A stretch of DNA of 63,190 bases, filler included, from Pelomyxa schiedti (Eukaryota; Protista; Evosea), in the NCBI GenBank assembly GCA_020536535.1. It is 7 parts of 7 records of this genome, joined end to end, with 100 filler letters (N's around TTAATTAATTAA, not from the genome) between each part and the next. Parts side by side here need not be neighbours in the genome. Positions count along the whole stretch, not along the records: positions 20,138 to 38,053 come from JAHLWZ010000252.1; positions 38,154 to 40,827 come from JAHLWZ010001929.1; positions 40,928 to 56,717 come from JAHLWZ010000680.1; 4 more parts are not named here. One strand, given 5' to 3'. The translations under genes were made by a program, and so were the position numbers. How positions within the stretch are numbered: position 1 is the stretch's first letter; the number at the start of each line of letters is the position of its first letter. Of the stretch, positions 37,756 through 50,996 are shown piece by piece. The notes under the pieces were generated by a model. The model was not told where the DNA came from, searched no databases, and worked only from the letters and a program-made list of their open reading frames with translations.

Positions 37756-38440
37756 GAAACACTTTTGGCTATTTTGTTTTTTGTACTTGGATAGACACAA
37801 AGTTCTTTTTTTCCCTCAATAGGATCGGTTGTTGCTTGTTTATTTCAACTGGTGGAATATTTGCATAGGTTGGTGATGGAGTTTAGCATAGTGGGTATTG
37901 AGTCACGTGGAACAAATGCACACACACCACGCTCGCGGACCATGCCACCAAATGACCACCTCTCTTGGTGTTCATCACAAACCCGCTTCTTGGGGAAGAA
38001 GAAGTGGAATTCACTGCTGGATAAATAGGCCTCGTCCTCAAGCTTGGGGAAGTNNNNNNNNNNNNNNNNNNNNNNNNNNNNNNNNNNNNNNNNNNNNTTA
38101 ATTAATTAANNNNNNNNNNNNNNNNNNNNNNNNNNNNNNNNNNNNNNNNNNNNTTTGGGTATTTGTAAATATTTGCCATATCTTGCATCATGTGCTCTTT
38201 ATTTGGTGGTGTGGCGTTTGTTGTTCCCTCCGAGGGTGGGTGGCCCCTACTATTCGCAACCTCTTACTTCTCCCGCTGCCCAAGTGACGGTGCAGCAGGG
38301 CTCACACCGGCTGTGAATTTTAACTCAGAGCTCCCTGTTACATCTAATTTGGTTTATGAGTTAGGGCTTTAATGTCTCACGCTCTTCCTCGTCCGTTGCA
38401 ACGCCTCCGGAAAGATCAAACCAGTTTTATTGGAAAACGA

Positions 38441-39857
38441 ATGAGTTGTTTGCCTTTGTCGGAACAGCCAACACCCGTCACTACTTCTACGTATGCCACG
38501 TCCTCGTCGCTGGTTAGGTACTCCCAACCAATCCCCGCGCCTGTGGGACCTCAATGCTCTCCGTCGCGACAACAGCAGATACGGACTCATGGGAGGCAGA
38601 GCCAAAGACAAGACAACATCGTGAGCAAAGGCGAGCCGCGGGCCAAGAAACCACCTGTTGCAGCAACGCCAACAACGACAACAACTACATCGACGCCAAC
38701 AACAATCAAGAACGGCACCCTGCCTGAGCTGACCAAAGTGCCGCCAAAGAGGAGACACAATCCCACCGGTGGGACAAACACAGGCACAAGCAGGCAGCAG
38801 CAGGCAACGTCTCCGAGCCGCGCGAATTCGGCGCACCCACAAGTGCAACCCGCGGCCGCAGTGCAACAGACACTGGTACAGAGCGCGGCTGCACCGCCGC
38901 CCCCGCCGCCGACGTCGACGATCCTGCTGCCGCCTTTGGCTCGTGCAAGTGCAACTGCGGCGAGTGACGTCACTGCGGCGAATAGTGGTGTGCTGCCGGG
39001 GCTTGGTGATTTGGATAGGGATCCGACTGGAAATTTGTGTGACATTCTGGATGCCATTGTGCCCAAGAGGTGGTAAGGCGTTACAGAAAACTTTAACTTT
39101 GTGTGACATTCGGACTTGCGATTTGTGTTTATTTGTTGGGCTACTATCTAAAAGGCACACAGAGAATTTATGAAGGATTCCACGCACTGGGAAATTCATG
39201 CCTCTACCATACCCGCCACGAGAAATGATGTAATTCTACTAGCGGTACATATTTCAAACCGTGCCTACTCACCTAACGGGTATTGTTATTGAGAAAGAGA
39301 TGCAAAAACGTCTTGTTCAACGTCAAGCTCGTGGCACAGGACTATGTCCAATAAGAAGAGAGCTATACTCCCAATTATTTGGTAAGTTCACAAGAAACGT
39401 ATTTATTGTTCCTTACCGATAACTACTAGATGAGATCATACGTCAAGAGACAGTAAACTGCACGGAGCGCGGAATACTACTTACACACGTTAGAAATGAG
39501 CTCCATACAACTTTACATGCTTACCTAACATTGTATGAAAGTGGAATCGCTTTTGGCCTGAGAAAGGCTCTTGATGCTGAACAGGGCAGAGTGGACCTTG
39601 AATCAAAGGTTTAAGACTCAAGAAACTGTTTGAAAATCCCAGTTTATTGTTCTGGGCAGATAGCCACCCTTGAAGCTGAGAAGCAAAGCCTCGAGACACA
39701 AGTCGCCGAGCTCAAGGCAAAATGTGAATATATTGAGAAAAGAGATACCGAGAGGCGGCAAGAGGAAGAAAAGAAACATGCGGAAGAAGTGGCTTTCCTG
39801 AAGAAAGTCAATCTGCAACTAAAAGCACAACTAGAGTCCGTTCTAAAAAAAACCTAA
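38441..39857 (+). CDS. DNALI1: Axonemal inner-arm dynein light intermediate chain p28
   Basis: SLVRYSQP N-terminus; ILDAIVPKR..PATRNDVI; QRQARGTGLCPIRRELYSQLF|DEIIRQETVNCTERGILL; AYLTLYESGIAFGLRKAL; ELKAKCEYIEKR..EEKKHAEEVAFLKK..QLKAQLE. All match the p28 family. Confidence 0.9.
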
Positions 39858-40037
39858 CACCCCACCTACCATTGTAAAAACATGATACCGCACAAATTCC
39901 CAGCAGTACATAAAACAGTGTACCCAGAATACTTGATACATGCACACAGTCTTGTGCTTGGCACCATTTTTCTTTGGTTTTGCCATCACTTCATTGTTTT
40001 ACATAAAACAATTCCGCTCTTAGAGCATTGCAACTGA

Positions 40038-40437
40038 TCATTCCATGTGGAACACTTGCTCCAGAGGTGAAGATACAGGGCTGTGATCAGGATTTGATGG
40101 CATTATGTCACTCATGTGGGCCCACCAACGTTTGCACTCTGGTGTGGTTGCTATCTGGTCCCATAATTCCTCTGACTCTATTTCCACGTAGCCGAACAAA
40201 GTGCCGGACTGCCGGTCGAGAAAGATCGAGTAGTTGTGCGCGCCGTGGGACTTGAGGACTGCCTCCAATTCAGGCCAAATTGGACTGTGCCTCTGCTGGT
40301 ATTCGGCTTCTGAACCGTTGTTGACTGTCATTTTGAATGCCTTACGAATGTCTGTTCAAGAGTCAACAGGGTTGGTCAACAAGAAACAAAAAAAGAGTCA
40401 AGGGAAGCCAACAGGGTTTTGGGTTCGACGAGCTCAT
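40038..40437 (-). CDS. rhaM: L-rhamnose mutarotase, two exons (40437-40413, 40351-40038)
   Basis: Spliced product [78 protein letters not shown] closely resembles enterobacterial RhaM. A 61-nt GT..AG phase-1 intron is required to reach the upstream ATG. Confidence 0.9.
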
Positions 40438-40927
40438 TTTTTCACCAAAACTGTTCTTGATGACTGGTCTGAAGATTCGATGCACAGTTCTCACAGTGTG
40501 CTTCTGCTTTGTGAAGGAGGTGAACTTGGGCCCTGCTGTACCTGAATTCCCATGGATGAGAGAGATCAGATTTCCCTGAACGGATCAACGAAATCTATTG
40601 CTCGTTCAAAAATCGAAAACATAAAACTTTGTTGTTTCAAACAGGCAGTAAGCCCCTGCGTTGGGCTGTGTTTTTGTTGACACGAGATATCACCACAATT
40701 GACAATAAAGCACCGGGAGGGAGGTTTGGTGAGATCTTCTGGTGTAATCGATGCAATGTCCGGAAGGGACTGTGAGTACTACTATTACTTCACTTATGAA
40801 GTTCTGGCAATAGTAGAGTTGCCCAACNNNNNNNNNNNNNNNNNNNNNNNNNNNNNNNNNNNNNNNNNNNNTTAATTAATTAANNNNNNNNNNNNNNNNN
40901 NNNNNNNNNNNNNNNNNNNNNNNNNNN

Positions 40928-41985
40928 TTCGGGAGATGGCGGTGGTGGGGCGCACAGCGGGGCCACGGCGGATTCGCGCAAGTACGACGACTACGCGTTC
41001 AACTTCTTCGTCGGGGGCGTGCTGCTGCTTGTTCTGGTGCCGTGGACGTTGTACACGGTGCGGGCGATGTGGAAGCGATCGCCGTACGGCTACGGCGGCG
41101 ACGCCCTCAACACCCCCGCGTGCGGCTGCTCCCCTTGCTTGTACAAGAGGTTAGTTGGTTGATTATGGGAGATAGATGTTATGGGATCCTTGTTGTTGCT
41201 GTTGCTGTTAGGTGTTCCTCCCCTTCCTTGATTTTAACAAGTTGGCGAAAGGAAGAGCAAGTATTCCTTGCGAAGACTGCTGACATTTGAGAAAGTTGCA
41301 AAAATTGCTGTTTTGGTCACACTGTGGTGCATTGTCATCTTTGTTATACGCAACACTTTCGCGGAGAAACCTCTTCCGGCTGTCAATGCATGGAATCCTT
41401 ACACTATACTGGAACTAAAAGAAGGTAACTTGGGACTTGATCAAGCCCTATCTGCGAAGGTTCCTTATAGCAACGCATAACTACGCACCTAACCCTGAAT
41501 GAATTCTTATTTGTATTATTTTTCGCCACGGCACTCACACCCAATGTAGGAGCTAGTGAAAATGACATTGAGAAAGCTTTTCGCAAACAGAGGTTGGTTT
41601 TAAACTAGTTCCAAATAATAAAATTCACACTCGTAGTCTCAAGTGGCATCCTGATAAAAACCCTGGGAATGCCGAAGCCCATGAGAAATATTTAGATGTT
41701 CAAAAGGCCCATGAAACTCTAACAAGTAGACCCCCACGTGTCTTTCTTGAACTGATTTCTTCAGATGAATTGAACCGTGTGAATTATGAAAAATATGGAA
41801 ATCCAGATGGCCCTGTTCAAATGGAGTATTCGACCCCTGTACCCGTCTTCCGTCATCTCATGAAAAAAACAGATTTGGAATTGCTCTACCATCTTGGCTT
41901 TTGGATGCTCGAAACTCTCCAGCAGTATTATTTGCCTACATTGGTGGCTTTATTGTGCTATTCCCAGTCATTCTATATTTGTTCA
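40928..41985 (+). CDS. SEC63: Partial near-identical copy of SEC63 5' half (J domain)
   Basis: Near-identical to 42486-43544, with scattered substitutions and small intronic indels. Bounded by gaps. Confidence 0.75.
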
Positions 41986-42437
41986 NNNNNNNNNNNNNNN
42001 NNNNNNNNNNNNNNNNNNNNNNNNNNNNNNNNNNNNNNNNNNNNNNNNNNNNNNNNNNNNNNNNNNNNNNNNNNNNNNNNNNNNNGCCTCCGCCACCCGC
42101 CGCGCCTCCTCCTCCGCCTCCTGCTCTTTCTGCTTATGAGATCCGCTGGCACCCATCCAACAACAACAGTGCGACGCTACGACGTCGGTTGGTTTCTCGT
42201 GGGCGTAGTTGTTGTTTCTCTTACTCTATCTGATGTTTCTGAATCTAATCACAGGTCTGAGAGTGGCGCATGATGAGTAGGGAAACTAGTTCTTGGATAC
42301 TTGCGGCTGCGAGTTCGATTCTCCAGTACTTCGAGGAGTCTCGACCATTCACCGGTCAACATACTAAAAAGAGAGAACAGTCAAGAAGGACGAAAGATTT
42401 GCATTATTTTTGTTTCCTTATTGTTTGTGATACGACG

Positions 42438-45400
42438 ATGCAGGGTGGGGGTCCAGGTGCGGAACAGAACGCTACAGGCGGTAATTCGGGAGATGGCGGT
42501 GGTGGGGCGCACAGCGGGGCCACGGCGGATTCGCGCAAGTACGACGACTACGCGTTCAACTTCTTCGTCGGGGGCGTGCTGCTGCTTGTTCTGGTGCCGT
42601 GGACGCTGTACACGGTGCGGGCGATGTGGAAGCGATCGCCGTACGGCTACGGCGGCGACGCCCTCAACACCCCCGGGTGCGGCTGCTCCCCTTGCTTGTA
42701 CAAGAGGTTAGTTGGTTGGTGACTGTGATATTCAATTATGGGAGACAGATGTTATGGGATTCTTGTTGCTGTTGCTGTTAGTTGTTCCTCCACTTCCTTG
42801 ATTTTAACAAGTTGGTGAAAGGAAGAGCAAGTATTCCTTGCGAAGATTGCTGACATTTGAGAAAGTTGCAAAAATTGCTGTTTTGGTGACACTGTGGTGC
42901 ATTGTCATCTTTGTTATACGCAACACTTTCGCGGAGAAACCTCTTCCGGCTGTCAATGCATGGAATCCTTACACTATACTGGAACTAAAAGAAGGTAACT
43001 TGGGACTTGCTCAAGCCCTATGTGCGAAGGTTCCTTATAGCAACGCATAACTACGCACCTAACCCTGAATGAATTATTTTCCGCCACTGCACTCACACCC
43101 AATGCAGGAGCTAGTGAAAATGACATCGAGAAAGCTTTTCGCAAACAGAGGTTGGTTTTAAACTAGTTCCAAATAATAAAATTCACACTCGTAGTCTCAA
43201 GTGGCATCCTGATAAAAATCCTGGGAATGCCGAAGCCCATGAGAAGTATTTAGATGTACAAAAGGCCCATGAAACTCTAACAAGTCGACACCCCACGTGT
43301 CTTTCTTGAACTGATTTCTTCAGATGAATTGAACCGTGTGAATTATGAAAAATATGGAAATCCAGATGGCCCTGTTCAAATGGAGTATTCCACCCCTGTG
43401 CCCGTCTAACGTAATCTCATGCAAAAACAGATTTGGAATTGCTCTACCATCTTGGCTTTTGGATGCTCGAAACTCTCCAGCAGTATTATTTGCCTACATT
43501 GGTGGCTTTATTGTGCTATTCCCAGTCATTCTATATTTGTTCATCAAAAAGTCCTTCCCAATACAAAAAGGAAAAACCTTAAATAATTCAGGTGGCGTAA
43601 TGTAGCTGAAAATGAAGTGCACCTCGATACAATGCGCTTTTTTTTCCACATGCTAAAAGACCAATTCGGCTATAAACATTTGATAGATGTACTTTGTACT
43701 GCATGTGTGCATTCTCTGCTCTTTATGCCTTGGTTTTTTTAATTGTTTTGTTAGACGAGTTTAGACATAATTTGCACGTAAGTCAAATTGATTCAGAAGA
43801 AATTCGAAGAGTTGAGCCCGCACTGGCCACACTAGCAAAATCTCCAAAGCCTTCACCATTTATTCTCCAACAGCCACTTATTGCCAGGCAGCAAGCCCAA
43901 GTGCTCAAAGCAAGGTCTTTATTACATGCAACATTAGATTTTGTCTGATGAGTTCCCCTTGTTAAGTTTTCTTCTCCATTCCCATTTGGCTCAACTTCAT
44001 GGCTTATTGACGCCTCGGCTTCACTATGACTTAGATTGCCTATTAGAGGTACCTTCGTTTGTAGCATTTTTCGAGTCTAATGTAATAAAGTATGTGCCTT
44101 CACTGCTGAACGGTATGATGACCTGTGTCAATGCCCAGACTAAAATGGCCGTGGCTCCCCTCTTACAAGTTATCCGACTCGGTCAAATGCTCGTTCAAGG
44201 TTCCCTCCTTTCCTCCAAATAACCATCTAATGTGGCACAGGTTGTTGGGAAGAAAGTGAGCTTATGCAGTTGCCACATTTCAATGCTTCAAAACTAAAGA
44301 TTTGTCGCAAGGTAATCCATCCTGTTTTGTTTGATATGTTCTCATGTAGTACAGTATGGTGTGTCTACCGTGGCACAGTTGATTAGAAAAGGTCCACAGA
44401 GGAAGTCAATGTATGCAAGCCTTGGTAAGTGAGACTTTAATTTTCTGTGTTGGTTTATTTTATATTGTTCAGGTCTCTCAGAAGACCAACAATCAAATAT
44501 TGAATCAGTGCTATCATATATCCCAGTAAAGGCGCTACGAATTACCTGTACTTTCTACAGTGGAATTGGACCCCAGTCTCTACTTACACCAATACCTGAT
44601 AATGTTGTAACCACATTAGCCATGGTAACGCTAGTTGTAAAATGTGAGAGAATGGTTACTGCCGGAACGCCCTCTACGTACCATAAATGTAGCAATAAGG
44701 ATGCAAGTGAAAATCAAGAAGTGGATGAGGACAGTCCTCTCTCTGAAGACAGTGGGAGTGAAGATTCTTCAAATGGAGACCTCAGAGCACACAGACCGCT
44801 GCTGAGGCGACGCGGACCGGGCACAAAACAAGCCAGAACTAGTGCAATCAATAGCCTTAAGTCAAAGCAACAGAAAGAGAAAATGAAGCAACAGAAAAAA
44901 GTTGCCCCTCCACCAACCCCCATCAGCGATGCTGCAATAGACGAGGGGACCTCAAGTTCAGACTCAGAGAAAGATTCCGCTTCGGCAACATCGAGCCACC
45001 AACCACACAAATGCACTGCTTCGATCAAGATGCCGGCAACACCAACCAAATCGCAGCTACTGGCACCCTTCGTCCACGCCCCTTATTTCCCTCAACACAG
45101 GCAAGAGGGCTGGCTACTTCTGCTCGTGGACAAGAAGGGCGTATGCCAATCCATGGGTAAGGTAGTTGTCAGCGTTACCGGCGACCGCACTGCCGAAGCA
45201 AAGCTACCTTTCCAAGCCCCGAAATCACTTGGACCTCATCAATGGGAGCTCCTCCTCTGTTGTGACAGCTATCTTGGGTAAGTACAATCAATCCTACCCA
45301 TTCCGCATTACTTACATTCCGCTCTGTGCAGCTGCGACCACCGCGTTCCGCTCCGCATCAATGTAGTGTCACCGGCCGATCCCACCATACAACCAGAATC

Positions 45401-45530
45401 ACTCGTCGAGGATGACAGCGATGATACAGAAGAAGAAGAGGAAGAAGAAAACGAAGACGAGGACGAAAGTGGCAGCGAAAACGAGAAGGACAAGTACAGC
45501 GGCTCATCCTCTTCCGAAGATGACAACTAA
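42438..45530 (+). CDS. SEC63: Translocon-associated J-protein SEC63 (TM segments, J domain HPD, Sec63/Brl domain, acidic tail)
   Basis: YDDYAFNFF, WNPYTILEL, SLKWHPDKN, NYEKYGNPDGP, FGIALPSWLL, MQLPHF, VHAPYFP..EGWLLL, CDSYLG|CD, and an acidic C-terminus. Stop at 45528-45530. Confidence 0.9.
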
Positions 45531-45676
45531 ACAATACTTCTCAAGTAAACAGTAAACAACACAAAACCGAACCAACTTCTTCAACCCTAACCCATAATTC
45601 CGTCTCGCATCGGAAAAAAACACCCAAAATTACCGAACGAACGGACTGTTAAATGAAAGAGACAAGAACACACCTT

Positions 45677-45776
45677 ATGATGACGTTCTCCTAGCTTTAA
45701 CGCAACAATGCAAGGACTCTTGGTCTTTGCCTGCATCCAGTGATTGCAGTTAACCCTTTTCGTCCGCGTCGACTGA
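45677..45776 (+). ncRNA. Candidate box C/D snoRNA (second copy at 48127-48226)
   Basis: Starts with ATGATGA (box C) and ends with CTGA (box D), 100 nt in total. It has an internal hairpin GCAAGGACT-nnn-GGTCTTTGC, and the two copies differ only in that loop. Confidence 0.45.
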
Positions 45777-46237
45777 GCAGTTGTGTGTTTTTTTTTTCCC
45801 TCAAGTTATACTTCTTGTGGTGCAGGTAATCACATCACCCACACTTGTAGTGAGGAAAACAAATAGGGAATTAACAAGGCCACACAAATGGAACAAAGAG
45901 AAGGTAGTTGTGTTTATAGTTGGTCTGTTCTTCTGCGTTTTGGATCGGCGGAGGAAGCAGGTGTTTGGCTGACTGGTGCGGTGGCGGGGCGTTTGCGTGG
46001 AGTTGTCTGTTGATAAACATTAGGTTCTGGGATCGGGATGGGAACGGCACATACCGACATGGTGCTGTCCATTTCCGTGTTGTATGACTCCTGTTGTCTG
46101 TTGTGTGGGTAAGAAAATCAAGAAAGAAACAGGTCAANNNNNNNNNNNNNNNNNNNNNNNNNNNNNNNNNNNNNNNNNNNNNNNNNNNNNNNNNNNNNNN
46201 NNNNNNNNNNNNNNNNNNNNNNNNNNNNNNNNNNNNN

Positions 46238-47984
46238 GTCAAATTGATTCAGAAGAAATTCGAAGAGTTGAGCCCGCACTGGCCACACTAGCAAAATCTC
46301 CAAAGCCTTCACCATTTATTCTCCAACAGCCACTTATTGCCAGGCAGCAAGCCCAAGTTCTCAAAGCAAGGTCTTTATTCACGCAACATTAGGTTTTGTC
46401 TGACGAGTTCCCCTTCTTAAGTTTTCTTCTCCATTCCCATTTGGCTCAACTTCATGGCTTATTGACACCTCGGCTTCACTATGACTTAGATTGTCTATTA
46501 GAGGTACCTTCGTTTGTAGCATTTTTCGAGTCTAATGTAATAAAGTATGTACCTTCACTGCTGAACGGTATGATGACCTGTGTCAATGCCCAGACTAAAA
46601 TGGCCGTGGCTCCCCTCTTACAAGTTATCCGACTCGGTCAAATGCTCGTTCAAGGTTCCCTCCTTTCCTCCGAATAACCATCTAATGTGGCACAGGTTGT
46701 TGGGAAGAAAGTGAGCTCATGCAGTTGCCACATTTCAATGCTTCAAAACTAAAGATTTGTCGCAAGGTAATCCATCCTGCTTGTTTGATATGTTCTCATG
46801 TAGTCCAGTATGGTGTGTCTACCGTGGCACAGTTGATTAGAAAAGGTCCACAGAGGAAGTCAATGTATGCAAGCCTTGGTAAGTGAGACTTTAATTTTCT
46901 GTGTTGGTTCATTTTATATTGTTCAGGTCTCTCAGAAGACCAACAATCAAACATTGAATCAGTGCTATCATATATCCCAGTAAAGGCGCTACGAATTACC
47001 TGTACTTTCTACAGCGGAATTGGACCCCAGTCTCTGCTTACTCCAATACCTGATAATGTTGTAACCACATTAGCCATGGTAACTCTAGTTGTAAAATGTG
47101 AGAGAATGGTTACTGCCGGCACGCCATCTACGTACCATAAATGTAGCAATAAGGATGCAAGTGAAAATCAAGAAGTGGATGAGGACAGTCCTCTCTCTGA
47201 AGACAGTGGAAGTGAAGATTCTTCAAATGGAGACCTCAGGGCACACAGACCGCTGCTGAGGCGACGCGGACCGGGCACAAAACAAGCTAGAACTAGCGCA
47301 ATCAATAGCCTCAAGTCAAAGCAACAGAAAGAGAAAATGAAGCAACAGAAAAAAGTTGCCCCTCCTCCAACACCCATCAGCGATGCTGCAATAGACGAGG
47401 GGACCTCAAGTTCAGACTCAGAGAAAGACTCCGCTTCGGCAACATCGAGCCACCAATCACACAAATGCACTGCTTCGATCAAGATGCCGGCAACACCAAC
47501 CAAATCACAGCTACTGGCACCCTTCGTCCACGCCCCTTATTTCCCTCAACACAGGCAAGAAGGCTGGCTACTTCTGCTCGTGGACAAGAAGGGAGTATGC
47601 CAATCCATGGGTAAGGTAGTTGTCAGTGTTACCGGCGACCGCACTGCCGAAGCAAAGCTACCTTTCCAAGCTCCGAAATCACTTGGACCTCATCAATGGG
47701 AGCTCCTCCTCTGTTGTGACAGCTATCTTGGGTAAGTACAATCAATCCTACCCATTCCGCATTACTTAAATTCCGCTCTGTGCAGCTGCGACCACCGCGT
47801 TCCGCTCCGCATCAATGTAGTGTCACCGGCCGATCCCACCATACAACCAGAATCACTCGTCGAGGATGACAGCGATGATACAGAAGAAGAAGAGGAAGAA
47901 GAAAACGAAGACGAGGACGAAAGTGGCAGCGAAAACGAGAAGGACAAGTACAGCGGCTCATCCTCTTCCGAAGATGACAACTAA
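46238..47984 (+). CDS. SEC63: Partial near-identical copy of SEC63 3' half
   Basis: Near-identical to 43782-45530, with mostly synonymous differences (ORF 46962..47735 differs from 44508..45281 at one residue, P/S). Confidence 0.75.
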
Positions 47985-48374
47985 ACAATACTTCTCAGTA
48001 ATAAAGAACACATAACCGTACCAACTTCGTCAGCCCTAACCCATAATTCCGTCTCGCATCGGAAAAAAACACCCAAAATTACCGAACGAACGAACTGTTA
48101 AATGAAAGAGAGCAATAACACACCACATGATGACGTTCTCCTAGCTTTAACGCAACAATGCAAGGACTATAGGTCTTTGCCTGCATCCAGTGATTGCAGT
48201 TAACCCTTTTCGTCCGCGTCGACTGAGAATTTGTGTGTTTTTTTGTTCCTCAGGTGAAAATTCTCCTTCTTGTGGTGCAGGTAATCACACCACCCACACT
48301 TACACTTGCAGTGAGGAAAACAAATAGGGAATTAACAAGGTCACACAAATGGAACAAAGAGAAGGTAGTTGTGT

Positions 48375-50596
48375 TTATAGTTGGTCTGTTCTTCTGCGTT
48401 TTGGATCGGCGGATGAAGCAGGTGATTGGCTGACTGGTGCAGTGGCGGGGCGTTTGCGTGGAGTTGTCTGTTTATACACATTAGGTTCTGGGATCGGGAT
48501 GGGAACGGCACATACCGACATGGTGCTGTCCATTTCCGTGTTGTATGACTCCTGTTGTCTGTTGTGTGGGTAAGAAAATCAAGAAAGAAACAGGTCAANN
48601 NNNNNNNNNNNNNNNNNNNNNNNNNNNNNNNNNNNNNNNNNNNNNNNNNNNNNNNNNNNNNNNNNNNNNNNNNNNNNNNNNNNNNNNNNNNNNNNNNNAC
48701 ATTAGGTTCTGGGATCGGGATGGGAACGGCACATACCGACATGGTGCTGTCCATTTCCGTGTTGTATGACTCCTGTTGTCTGTTGTGTGGGTAAGAAAAT
48801 CAAGAAAGAAACAGGTCAATTTGTACCGTTCTATGCCTCCTACTCTGCTGTCGTATTTTCCTACTCTCTTTGCTGCTGCAGGGTGCTGCATGAGTGATTC
48901 ATCAAGACCCCGGAGTCTGTTCATCAGGTTAGGGGTAAGCTCACGTTTAAGAAGAGAGACATACCGCGCTTCAACGTGAACACGACCAGAAATTCCAATT
49001 GAAGCCTTCTCGGCATCTCCAAGTGCGTCTACTCGAGAACACAGTGCCGCTTTGGCAGCTAGGCAACGGGAAACTTTGCCTTTGTTCTTTGGTTGTGTTT
49101 GTCCCACAAGAGAGGCTTGAAACAAAAGCCCGTATTTTGGGGTCCTGCAAGGTAACTTAATACACCGAATATTTAAATCTAAGTAGTACTTCTTCTTCGA
49201 TTTCAGAGCTCGGAACAGAGCTTTCTCAGCTCCAAGAATTTGGATTGTGGATGCCGGATACTTTGCAAGGGAAATCAGACTTCCTACATTAATATCAGTT
49301 TGTGGTCTGCAACGATTAAAGTATTTACTGTCCCACTTTTTACCTGTTCGGGCAATAAGACGGGCACCGACGAGTTCTCCAACTAATGCTGTAAGGTTGG
49401 GTGCAATAGCCTGCATTCGATTGGTTAAGTAGTCCCAGAGTTGCTCTCTGTTAGGTGACGTTAGAATGCCTCCAACTTTTCACATGCGAACCTGTATTCG
49501 GTGATCTCAATGACTTGCATGCAGAGTTCTGAGATATTATCCATATCTTCTTGGCTAACCTACAGAGCCCCTAAGTTTGCACCAAAGATAATAAGTGAAA
49601 GCTGTACCTCTGTGCCCATGGATATTTGAGCGGTTTCTCGGATTTCAGCCTCCAGTTCTTCGGGGAGGAGGTCTGACAACTCCGTGGCAAGTGCATTTGT
49701 TCTTTGTCCTGAAACGGGATTGGCAACGCGAAAAATATTACTGGAGGCATACCCATCTTCTTCACGACTTTACAATAGAGAAGGTTGTCAGTAATCAGCT
49801 TGGACATTTCCGGGAAATGCCAGCCGTACCATTCACGAACCCTCATACTATACACATTGATTTCCTTATCCAAATCGTCCAAGAGAGCTTAAATGGAGTT
49901 AATATGATGTGACTTGGGTAATGCAATGCTAACCAACGGCCTGAACGATCATTGTATCAACTTTCTCAGGGCTGAATTTGACCTTGTAGCGAGAGTAACT
50001 GTGGGCAAGACCGAGAGACATTGTCCCGAAATCCTTTGGTGTGACTTCGGAGACAAGATTGCTCAATTGAGAGCGAATGCACCTATGGTGTAGGTTTGGT
50101 ACAAAGTGAGGAAAAAAAAAGTGACTGAACTTTATGTTCGAAGGGAAACAAACCTGGTGAGCTCCAAAACAGCAGGGTTGCAAACACAATTAATTCCAAG
50201 TTTTTCTTTGATGACTCCTCCCAACTTGGGTTCGGCAACAGCCAACTGCTCCTTGATACCAGCTTGCACCACATTGGTCTTCAGGAATTTTTGAAGGGCT
50301 GTTCCAAGTTTGCTCTCAACAAGAGCAGTGCAAGCGTCGAGTGCCTCGGTTGTGTTTCCGAATTTGTGGAACTTCTGCAAAGTGATGCTAGTGGCAAGAA
50401 GTAAGATTTTCTGCGTCACACTAACCCCCACCCAGAAAAAAAAAACACTCCGATGGCGTAGTGATTTTTCGTACAATTTTGCTATGGAAGAAGGAGTATC
50501 AAACTCGGCGACGATGTTTTCGACCTTCGCGAGCTTCGACTCGTTGAGAACCTTCAACAACGCGAACCCGGCCGCTGTCTCAAATAAAATCAACAT
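48375..50596 (-). CDS. NOP58: Nucleolar box C/D snoRNP protein NOP58
   Basis: [111 protein letters not shown]. The last exons cross an N gap, and the 3' end is also duplicated at ~45915-46137. Confidence 0.9.
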
Positions 50597-50996
50597 TGTT
50601 GAGATCTATGGACGTTGATGTTGCTGTGACGATGTTGCGGATCTGCGGCAGCGCCTCACCTCCTTGCTCACAATTAAAGTTCGGGACTAAACAATAAAGG
50701 AAAAAAATTGTTCTCCTGCGTACGCTGCAATTGCGTTCCTTTAATTAATGAAATCAAATCTCTCAGTCTGAAACGAGTCAGAGACTCTGATCTGGAGGAT
50801 CATATCTTCCACCCACGCTCCTTTACTTCTCGCAGCACTTGCCGAGTATATGGCATCCCAGGGCCCAATGCGTCGGTTAGAAGCATGAACGGTTTCCGGA
50901 ATTGTTTTCACAAAAGATGACCAACCCGAAGAGAAACCAAAGAGCAAACACCAACCAAAAGAAAACAAATAAAAAAAATAGTAACAAGTAAGCACA

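Noticed and set aside
35154-40437. Radical SAM gene and rhaM as one laterally acquired cluster or bacterial contamination
   Set aside because: They lie on different contigs separated by the linker at 38098, and both contain spliceosomal introns.
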